A stretch of 49,620 nt of DNA, taken from the NCBI GenBank assembly GCA_051874735.1, contig JBJEGD010000017.1, positions 1 through 49,620 of the forward strand, in the 5' to 3' direction. Under the pieces are notes generated by a model that worked only from the letters and a program-made list of their open reading frames with translations, was not told where the DNA came from and ran no database searches. The position numbers were made by a program, and so were the translations under genes. This DNA comes from Candidatus Bruticola sp. (GTDB taxonomy: Bacteria > Vulcanimicrobiota > Xenobia > Xenobiales > Xenobiaceae). Below are positions 29,995 through 37,669 of this stretch, piece by piece (position 1 is the first letter of the stretch; each line of letters begins with the position of its first letter).

Positions 29995-30912
29995 ATGAGT
30001 ATTTCTGGTCTCCTGAAGGGGTGCTCTCAAGTGAGCAGCCCTTCCTGCGAAGTCACTAAAAAGCTGCAGGGAATGCTTCCAGCGCATCCCTTCCATATTA
30101 AAGCCGATGAAGTTTTAAAATTAGCTGGGCAACTTGGTATTACAGTAGCTCAGTTAATGGTTGAATTAATTCCTATAGCTTGCGAGTACGCCGCTCAGGT
30201 CGTTCCAATTTCCAATTATAAAGTTGGATCTTGTGTTATGGGCCTGAGCGGTGATTTGTATCTGGGCGTAAATATGGAATTTAGTGGGGATAATTTAGCC
30301 CAAACAGTACACAGTGAACAGTCTTCTGTAACTAATGCTATGTGCCATGGTGAAAAAGGCGTTGCTGCTCTGGCAGTATCTGCTGAGCCTTGCGGTTCAT
30401 GTCGCCAGTTTCTTAACGAGCTGGCTTGTGCTGATGACTTAATTATAACCATACCTAACAGGAATGCCGCTAGCTTGCAAGATTTATTACCTCATGCTTT
30501 TGGTCCTAAGCATTTGGGGGTTGAAAGCGGTTTATTGGCCGCTTGCGAGCTTCCCCTAGTAAAACCTGAGGGTGACGATCCTCTTACAAAGCTGGCTTGG
30601 GAAGCTGCCAATAAGGCTTATGCTCCTTACTCCCACTGCAATGGCGGCGTAGCTCTGCAGTTTGAAGATGGTTTTACCGTCAGCGGCTGGTATGCTGAGA
30701 ACGCGGCTTTTAATCCTTCTGTTTCACCTTTACAGGCGGCTCTAATTATGGCTAATGCGGCCGGCCGCCGGTTTAACGGCATAGTTAAGGCCGTTCTAGC
30801 AGAACGTAGGCTTGAAAATAATATAAGTCACGTTTCTTCTACGACCAATCTACTCAAGGTTTTAGCTCCTAAAGCGGAATTGGCAATTAAACGCTTGGAA
30901 GCTGCCGAATAA
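29995..30912 (+). CDS. cdd: Cytidine deaminase, two-domain (homodimeric-type)
   Basis: PISNYKVG, G.N.E, TVHSEQS, PCGSCRQF, second domain YAPYS and ENAAFNPS. Confidence 0.92.
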   Translation: MSISGLLKGCSQVSSPSCEVTKKLQGMLPAHPFHIKADEVLKLAGQLGITVAQLMVELIPIACEYAAQVVPISNYKVGSCVMGLSGDLYLGVNMEFSGDNLAQTVHSEQSSVTNAMCHGEKGVAALAVSAEPCGSCRQFLNELACADDLIITIPNRNAASLQDLLPHAFGPKHLGVESGLLAACELPLVKPEGDDPLTKLAWEAANKAYAPYSHCNGGVALQFEDGFTVSGWYAENAAFNPSVSPLQAALIMANAAGRRFNGIVKAVLAERRLENNISHVSSTTNLLKVLAPKAELAIKRLEAAE

Positions 30913-31430
30913 AAAGATAATATATGTCAACCCAGCGTCCTTATATGAACTTAAGGACGCTGAATTACAGCAGAATGTCTGTCTAAATTGAATCAATGAG
31001 GGACGGCGCTCTGCTTTTTTGTTAAATTTTTTGATAATAATTGGCAACAAATAGGTAATGTTTGCCCGAAATAGTTATATTATTGTAAATATTGACTGTA
31101 TTATACCTCATATATTTGACATAATATGCATAATATTGTATTATTGTCGGTGTCAGAGTAGTTGTTTTGCTAGGAAAAACAGCTCTCTATTTTTATTGTT
31201 GCGCTGTATATTTGTTTTATTGTTGCTGATAAGAAATTGTTGGCAGGGAAGTTTTATTATCCGGTCGTTTTTATTGTATATTCTGACTCGGTGTATTCCA
31301 GGTATGCAGAGCAGAAAATTAAGTTTGGATAGATACTTTTTGGCGGTATCTTCGGTTTGAGGCTCACTCGCTATTATTCGCCCAGCGTAGGCCCGACCTT
31401 CTTTCAAACTGCGAGAGGCAGGCGTCAATT

Positions 31431-32255
31431 TTGATGTCGATAAAACAATTTATTGCAGTTCTAGCTTGTATAGGCGTTTATTCTGGAACAGCTTGGGCTT
31501 TAACTCTCCCTGAAGAATCGGGAGAAGCTGAAGGCGGCAACAATTTAGGAATAAGTATATCTCAGAAAGCGCCCGATTCTCTCTTTAGCGAAGAAGAGTT
31601 GAAAGCTCAGGGGTTGATTCTGCCGGGCAATAATGCTGCTGGAGAAGCGTTATCTCAAAAGTCCAGTTCTAGTTCGGCGTCGGAAAAATTGAGCAATAAG
31701 TACGGCATGCCCGATATTTACATAAAAGTTTCAACTGTTGTTTACGAACGTGTTGCCGACAGTCAGTCTGCCAACGGTCACAAGCGCCGCTCGCTGGCTT
31801 CCCGAGGCGCTAAAAATATTAAGACAGTAGCACGTCGCAAAATGGTCGATTTCAATCTTACTCCAGTCATATGTAAATATGCGGAACTTTATAAGCTCGA
31901 TCCTTGGTTAGTAAGAGCTGTAATCGAGACGGAATCAAATTTTTATCCTTACGCCGGTTCTTCAGCTGGAGCAGGAGGACTGATGCAGCTAATGTCTGCT
32001 ACCGCCTCTAGTTTAGGATGTAACGACCGTTTCGATCCAGAATCAAATGTAGCCGCCGGTTGCCGTTACCTGCGCCAAATGTTTAATATGTTTGGAGGAG
32101 ACTACAAGCTAGCTTTAGCAGCTTATAACGCCGGACCAGGCAGTGTGCGCAGTTACGGAGGTATTCCTCCTTTTAGAGAAACTATAAACTATGTAAATAA
32201 AATCACGCGTATTTGGAATAAAACTAAAAAATCGGCTGTAAAATCTAAAAAGTAG
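31431..32255 (+). CDS. Secreted lytic transglycosylase (SLT domain)
   Basis: Signal peptide; AVIETES, GAGGLMQL, LAAYNAG, PPF.ET..YV. Confidence 0.92.
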   Translation: MMSIKQFIAVLACIGVYSGTAWALTLPEESGEAEGGNNLGISISQKAPDSLFSEEELKAQGLILPGNNAAGEALSQKSSSSSASEKLSNKYGMPDIYIKVSTVVYERVADSQSANGHKRRSLASRGAKNIKTVARRKMVDFNLTPVICKYAELYKLDPWLVRAVIETESNFYPYAGSSAGAGGLMQLMSATASSLGCNDRFDPESNVAAGCRYLRQMFNMFGGDYKLALAAYNAGPGSVRSYGGIPPFRETINYVNKITRIWNKTKKSAVKSKK

Positions 32256-32268
32256 AAGATAGTTAGTT

Positions 32269-32306
32269 AAAAAATTGTTTTGCCGTTAGGCAGGGCAATT
32301 TTTTTT
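32269..32306 (+). terminator. Intrinsic terminator
   Basis: aaaaaattgttttgcc-gtta-ggcagggcaatttttttt. Confidence 0.7.
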
Positions 32307-32326
32307 ATTAGAGCTGGTATATTCTC

Positions 32327-32354
32327 TTGACAAAATATTTCTTTTGAGTAGAAT
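32327..32354 (+). promoter_or_regulatory. Sigma70 promoter of tRNA-Trp
   Basis: TTGACA-16 bp-TAGAAT about 55 bp upstream of the tRNA. Confidence 0.75.
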
Positions 32355-32407
32355 ACTTCCCGTAAGCTTTCGGGGCGCTTTTAACTGCGGAAGTGAACGT
32401 TTTGCAA

Positions 32408-32483
32408 AGGGGTATAGTTTAGCTGGTAGAGCGACGGTCTCCAAAACCGTAGGTCGCGGGTTCGAATCCTGCTGCCCCTGCCA
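32408..32483 (+). tRNA. tRNA-Trp (CCA)
   Basis: Acceptor stem aggggta/tgcccct, anticodon arm acggt-ctCCAaa-accgt, T-loop ggttcgaatcc, encoded 3' CCA; 76 nt. Confidence 0.98.
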
Positions 32484-32487
32484 AGAG

Positions 32488-32519
32488 AAAGAACACCGTA
32501 AACGGTGTTCTTTTTTTTT
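32488..32519 (+). terminator. Intrinsic terminator after the tRNA
   Basis: aaagaacaccgt-aa-acggtgttcttt followed by more T. Confidence 0.88.
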
Positions 32520-32697
32520 GTCTGTTTTTATATTACTTTGTAATCTTATTTAGTCCATACATTGGGCTATTTTTTTATATATATACCATTTTTAGGGCAG
32601 GAATTATTTAATGTCCCCTTTAAAAACATTAACCTTGTTATTATATGCGGGGTATTGTTTTAAGCATCCTTGGCTGCATAATTTAAGAGGGTTGGCT

Positions 32698-35600
32698 ATG
32701 GCTAAATTTAGAGAGAATCAGGAGAAAGTGTTTCTCGATTGGGTTTCTTCTAGAGGTATATCTGGCTACAGGATTAATGGAATCAGTGCTAATCTGTCCC
32801 GTTTAGAATCTTTCGGTAAAGATAGTCATATAATTAACTGCTCTATTTACACGGTTAACGACACACAGCTGCTGTGGGATATTCATCAAGCTGCTTCTCA
32901 AGCTCCCCAAATGAGGCAAAGGCCTTGGTATTTACAGTCTCTATTACAAGATTGTGAGCTCTACATTGAATATTTAAATAGTAAGAAATCTGTAGGGGCG
33001 GTTTCTAAAAACAATTTCAAAACTGAACCCCAAAATAATCCTGAAACTAGTTTAAAAGTTGAAGTTAAAACTATAAAAGAACCAGAAATTGTTCCAGCTC
33101 AGCAGCGCCCCATTTACACTTCTAATTTTTATAAAATTAAAGATATACTTTGCATTGAGCCTTTATATTTTACTTACGTCGGTAAAAAGTATGAGGCGAG
33201 TAACTGGAAGCAGCTTTATATACAGTTAGTGCGTTTATTTTGGCAAGATTACCGTCTCGTTTTAAAAAGTTTTTTGAATAAGCGGATTACAGGTAGAGGC
33301 GGTATCGATTTTGCTTCTGACAATCAAGCTAATTCTATGCTGGAACCACAAAGAATTGACAATAATTTATGGGTTGAAACTAAGCTGAGCCCGGCAGATA
33401 TTTTGAATAGAATAATTTATTTACTGGATAACTGCCCCATAGATAGTGGTAATTTGCAGGTTTCTTATACAAAAATAGGGGAAAAGTTTGCGCCGACTGC
33501 CAATCTCAATGAGCAAAGTTATTCTAAATTAGAGCAGCCGCAAAATAATTTAGAAACGGTTAGCAATACGCATACTGCAGAGCCCCAAACAGAGGAAACC
33601 GCCAGTATTAACGATCCTGAGTTAAAGCAGACAGATTTTGCTTTAGATCTTGATCCCGATAAAATGGAACCAGTCACTCTTTTTTACTTCGATGAAGAGT
33701 ATCAAGTTAAAGGTTGGAAAGAACTGTACGCTCAGGTTCTTAGCTGCTTATTAGAAGATTATCCGCGGTCTTTGCCAAGTTATCTGGGGCAGAGCGTTCT
33801 TCAAGATGGTGTAATAAATTTTGCCGAAGCAGAAGGCAGCCGACTGATGGTTGAGCCTAAACGGATAGGCAGCAATTTCTATGCTGAAATGGAACTCGAT
33901 CCAATCAGCATTTATTTTGTGATTATTTCTCTCTTAAGCCTATGTAACGTCGATCATTGTGAACTTAAGATTGTTTATACTGCGGTAGAAGATAGATCTG
34001 AGGAGCAAGCTGAGAAAAATATTGCTGAGCAACCTTCGGCAGAGACTTTCCATCACTTAGCAGCGGAAGCTACTGAGCCAGTTTATACAGAGAGTACGGA
34101 AGAAAGTAGCCAAGAAGAAGAAATAACAGAAGAGATAACGCAAGCTGATCGCGTTCAGGCGGAATCTGAGTCGGCTAAAATTGAAGAAAAGCCGACAGAA
34201 ATAAGCTCAGCTGATTCTGCGGCTAAAGTCTCGGTTGCTCAAGTTCAGGTAGCCAATAAAACTGCATTTAATAAGGTAACTGCAGTTTACAACCCCATGG
34301 AAGTTCTAATAGAGCGTGTTAGTAAGCTGGAAAATGAAAATCTCTCTTTGGAATCAAAATATCTCACTTTAGAGGCTAAATATTCCGATTTAGAAGTAAA
34401 ATATTCAGCTTTAGAATCTAGGTGTTTTAGTTTTGAATCTGAATTGCAAAAAAGTTTGGCGATCTTAAATCGTCTGAACGACAGTTTGGTAGCTGTTTCC
34501 TCGGTTGAGGCTTCTGCGCGAGCAGCAGAAAATAAAGTAGAGCCTGCGTTGCCTAAAGTTGTACAAAACTTAGAAGAAGAGAAAGAACCTACAGTTAATA
34601 AGTTTATTAGTAAGCCTGCTGAACCTAAAATTGCGGCGCACATTTCCGAAGTAAAAGCGGCTGAATTGGAAGTTAGCGGAGCTTTTAAAGATACAGAGCA
34701 GGCTGAACCTCAAGAGGGTGTTGAAGAAGCCGCCTTGGAAGCGGTTGATAATACTGCTGAAGTATTAGAAGTTGATTTTAATAGAGGTTACGATAAGTCT
34801 TATTGTCATACACTCATAGGTACCAGACCAGTTAATCTTTTCTACTTTGGTACAACATATAAGGCTTCCAACTGGCATAACCTTTACATTCAGGCAATAA
34901 AATGCCTAATTAAGAGTTATAGACATATTGTTGATAAATATATAAATAACAGTTTCCCTCATTCCAACCTTATCGATTTAGCTTCAGAATACAATAAAGT
35001 TAATAATATGAGAAACCCTAAGGAGATTTTACCTGGGATTTACTTGGAATTAGGACATTTCGGAGCATACGGCATTGTAAAACGGTTGAAAGATTTGCTT
35101 GATTTGTGCGACGTCGATTATAAGAATGTGAAAATTTCTTATTATCACAAACGTTCCGATCTGCCTGCAGTTACAGTGGAAGCGGTTGATACTACTGCTG
35201 AAGTATTAGAAGTTGACTTCAGCAAAGGTTACGACTTCTCTTATGAGTCTGAGCTGCGGTATACGAAGCCAATTGAAATTTCTTATTTTAATAGGAAATT
35301 TCAAGCTCCCAATTGGTGTAAACTTTATATTCAAATAGTAAAATATTTATTCGAAGATTATCGCCATATTGTCAGTCAATGTATAAATAAGAAGCTTACT
35401 GGTTCCAGACGTATCGATTTTGCAGATAGTAAATATGGTATGAGATGGCCTGAAGAAATTTTGCCTGGACTTTATTTAGAAGTGGGGAATTTCGGTCCGT
35501 ACGATGTGGTAAAAAGATTAAAATGTTTATTCGATTTGTGTGGCGTCGATTACGAAAATGTGAAAATTTTCTACCGTCGTAAGCGTCCGAAACTGTTGGC

Positions 35601-37629
35601 GGAGCAGTCGGCAGCAGCTGTACAAGCATCGGCGGCTCAAGTGGATAACAGTATTAAAATATTAGAAGTCGATTTTAATAAAGGTTACGATCTGTCTTAC
35701 AAGCCTTTGCTTTGGCATACTAGACCGATTAGTTTTTCTTACTTTGAAGATAAATACGAATTTGATAGTTGGCGAAAGCTTTATATCCAGGCTATCAAAT
35801 GTTTCGTTCAGGATTATTTCCATATCCTCAAAGACTATGCCAATAAAAAACTGCCCTATTTGAATCGTATCGATTTTGTTTCCGAAGATCAGCAATACAG
35901 GTTAAAAGTTCCTGTCGCTGTAGGTTCCGGACTGTATGTAGAGGTAGATCATTGTAGAGCTTTCACTGTGGTAAAGAGGTTGAGGAGTCTGCTCGACTTA
36001 TGTAATGTCGATTATGATAATGTGAAAATTTCTTATCGACTTCCTTTGGAAAGCGACAGTGAGCAGCCGGTACAACCAGTAGAAGCTGAATTGACAGCGC
36101 CAGCTGAGACTGCAAAGTTGGAGTCTCAGCAGAAACAGGTTGAACCTTTAGAGGTTAAAGCTGCTTATGCAATGCCAAAATTCTTAACTGAAGATATGAT
36201 GGCGGATGATAGTAAGCTTTTAAAAGCGCAGTTTACGCAGCCGACCGGCAGTTCATTTGTATCTTGGTCTAATTCCGATAAATATGTAGATGAAATTGAA
36301 AAAGTTATTGAAGATCTCGGGCAGCGTAACGATTATAAAATATCAAGTGGGGCTGCTGAGCTGAACTCCAAGTCGAAGCCAGTTGAGCCTGTGGAGATAA
36401 AAGTTGTTGACGCAGTTGCTGCAGTGCCAGAATATTCGCCTAAGAGGACTGAGCCTATTAAGGTGACGATTCCTAATGAGTCACTTTATAAGCCTAGAGT
36501 TGTGGTAGATAAAGATGCACTTTTTAAGAAGAAAATTTTGGATAAAGTCAGTGAAGCTGAACTTGATGGTATTACTAGTAGAAAACTTGCTGAAATAGTG
36601 TCTCTGCCTGAATACAGAGTTAGCGACATATTATCCAATTTGTGGGAAATAGTTGAGCTAAACGGAAAGTTTTATCATGAAGAAGCTTTTTCCGATTACG
36701 AAGAAGCTGCCAACGAGTTGGAAAAGATTATAGAAGACTTAATGCAGCGTAACGATCAATATATTCCTATAGAACGGCTTTATGACTGCGCCCGTGGGCG
36801 AATGAGCATGTTCTTAAATGATAACGGAATTGATGATCCGAAGATGGTTTACGATCTGGCTAAGCATCTCTTTGAAGAGCATTGCTATCACGGCAAACAT
36901 TATAACTTCTTCGACGGAGCGCACATTGCGTCTATAGAGAGTAAGATCAACTCCGTCTTAGATCTTATTAGTAGGTACTTCCGCCAGCATAAAGGTGTAC
37001 TATCTGAAGATGATTTAGAAAACTATTTTAAACAGTTAGGCTTAAGTTCTAGTCCAAAAACTTTTATGAAACTGAATGAGGAGCATTCTCCTTTCTTGTA
37101 TTGTGATTATGATCAGAAAACTTTAATGTCGGTGGAAGCAATGTCTATTGACGCGTATTGGCTCAATAGGGTTGCTTACGCTTTGGACAAGTTGTTTGCC
37201 GATTTGGGAAATCACGTTATTCTGCGTAATATTGATTATAGTTGGTACGATTTGTTGCCTGAACTTCCTAAACGTAACAGATGGAATGCTATGTTGCTGC
37301 AGAGCGTTTTGGGCTCCTACAGTACAGAACTGAGAGGAGCGCGCACTGTCGGAGCTTATATCAAATACAGCAGAAAGAATAATCTTCATTCTATGGTGGT
37401 CAGCGGTAGTTCTTCTATTCAAACTTTTGCCGACGTTGTGGCAGCGTGGTTTGTCGATACGAATCAGTCCTCAAATAGATTTGATGCGGAAGAACTCAGA
37501 ATTAAACTTGAAAGAGACAAGATCATTGGAGAAAACGAGCTTTCAAATCGTATGTGTCAAGTTTTAGATCGCGATCCCAGGTTTGTTTGGAATGCTGACA
37601 GTAGCGTTGTAAATATCATTATTAAATAA
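32698..37629 (+). CDS. Large multidomain hypothetical protein (~1640 aa): five copies of a ~105-130 aa domain, a coiled coil and a C-terminal helical region
   Basis: Repeats of P..F.YF...Y....W..LY.Q...DY...IDFA...P..I...LY.E...LL.LC.VD...KI.Y; heptads LE.KY; GAGG RBS before ATG 32698 (track start 32611). Confidence 0.85.
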   Translation: MAKFRENQEKVFLDWVSSRGISGYRINGISANLSRLESFGKDSHIINCSIYTVNDTQLLWDIHQAASQAPQMRQRPWYLQSLLQDCELYIEYLNSKKSVGAVSKNNFKTEPQNNPETSLKVEVKTIKEPEIVPAQQRPIYTSNFYKIKDILCIEPLYFTYVGKKYEASNWKQLYIQLVRLFWQDYRLVLKSFLNKRITGRGGIDFASDNQANSMLEPQRIDNNLWVETKLSPADILNRIIYLLDNCPIDSGNLQVSYTKIGEKFAPTANLNEQSYSKLEQPQNNLETVSNTHTAEPQTEETASINDPELKQTDFALDLDPDKMEPVTLFYFDEEYQVKGWKELYAQVLSCLLEDYPRSLPSYLGQSVLQDGVINFAEAEGSRLMVEPKRIGSNFYAEMELDPISIYFVIISLLSLCNVDHCELKIVYTAVEDRSEEQAEKNIAEQPSAETFHHLAAEATEPVYTESTEESSQEEEITEEITQADRVQAESESAKIEEKPTEISSADSAAKVSVAQVQVANKTAFNKVTAVYNPMEVLIERVSKLENENLSLESKYLTLEAKYSDLEVKYSALESRCFSFESELQKSLAILNRLNDSLVAVSSVEASARAAENKVEPALPKVVQNLEEEKEPTVNKFISKPAEPKIAAHISEVKAAELEVSGAFKDTEQAEPQEGVEEAALEAVDNTAEVLEVDFNRGYDKSYCHTLIGTRPVNLFYFGTTYKASNWHNLYIQAIKCLIKSYRHIVDKYINNSFPHSNLIDLASEYNKVNNMRNPKEILPGIYLELGHFGAYGIVKRLKDLLDLCDVDYKNVKISYYHKRSDLPAVTVEAVDTTAEVLEVDFSKGYDFSYESELRYTKPIEISYFNRKFQAPNWCKLYIQIVKYLFEDYRHIVSQCINKKLTGSRRIDFADSKYGMRWPEEILPGLYLEVGNFGPYDVVKRLKCLFDLCGVDYENVKIFYRRKRPKLLAEQSAAAVQASAAQVDNSIKILEVDFNKGYDLSYKPLLWHTRPISFSYFEDKYEFDSWRKLYIQAIKCFVQDYFHILKDYANKKLPYLNRIDFVSEDQQYRLKVPVAVGSGLYVEVDHCRAFTVVKRLRSLLDLCNVDYDNVKISYRLPLESDSEQPVQPVEAELTAPAETAKLESQQKQVEPLEVKAAYAMPKFLTEDMMADDSKLLKAQFTQPTGSSFVSWSNSDKYVDEIEKVIEDLGQRNDYKISSGAAELNSKSKPVEPVEIKVVDAVAAVPEYSPKRTEPIKVTIPNESLYKPRVVVDKDALFKKKILDKVSEAELDGITSRKLAEIVSLPEYRVSDILSNLWEIVELNGKFYHEEAFSDYEEAANELEKIIEDLMQRNDQYIPIERLYDCARGRMSMFLNDNGIDDPKMVYDLAKHLFEEHCYHGKHYNFFDGAHIASIESKINSVLDLISRYFRQHKGVLSEDDLENYFKQLGLSSSPKTFMKLNEEHSPFLYCDYDQKTLMSVEAMSIDAYWLNRVAYALDKLFADLGNHVILRNIDYSWYDLLPELPKRNRWNAMLLQSVLGSYSTELRGARTVGAYIKYSRKNNLHSMVVSGSSSIQTFADVVAAWFVDTNQSSNRFDAEELRIKLERDKIIGENELSNRMCQVLDRDPRFVWNADSSVVNIIIK
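34736..36036 (+). repeat. Three tandem ~440-460 bp coding repeats with conserved DNA ends
   Basis: 39/40-bp identical block at 34736-34775 and 35177-35216; attagaagt.gattt.a..a.aggttacga again at 35661; shared 3' end gtcgatta...aatgtgaaaattt. Confidence 0.85.
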
Positions 37630-37669
37630 AATTATTATAGCGCGATATACTAAAGGAATTTAACTAACT

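Noticed and set aside
31380-31410. c-di-AMP (ydaO) riboswitch, suggested by cgtaggcccgaccttc
   Set aside because: Core elements GCTGAA, GGGGTGAATC and CCCGTCAGCTAAC are absent
31058-31428. 100-aa (+) and 91-aa (-) ORFs in the AT-rich intergenic region
   Set aside because: Biased composition, no recognisable motifs, mutually overlapping; likely promoter/leader DNA
32344-32553. 69-aa ORF from the track
   Set aside because: Overlaps tRNA-Trp and its terminator
34736-36036. Repeats as a diversity-generating retroelement TR/VR pair or a CRISPR array
   Set aside because: They are in-frame coding units of ~440-460 bp, differences are not limited to adenines, and no reverse transcriptase or cas gene is present
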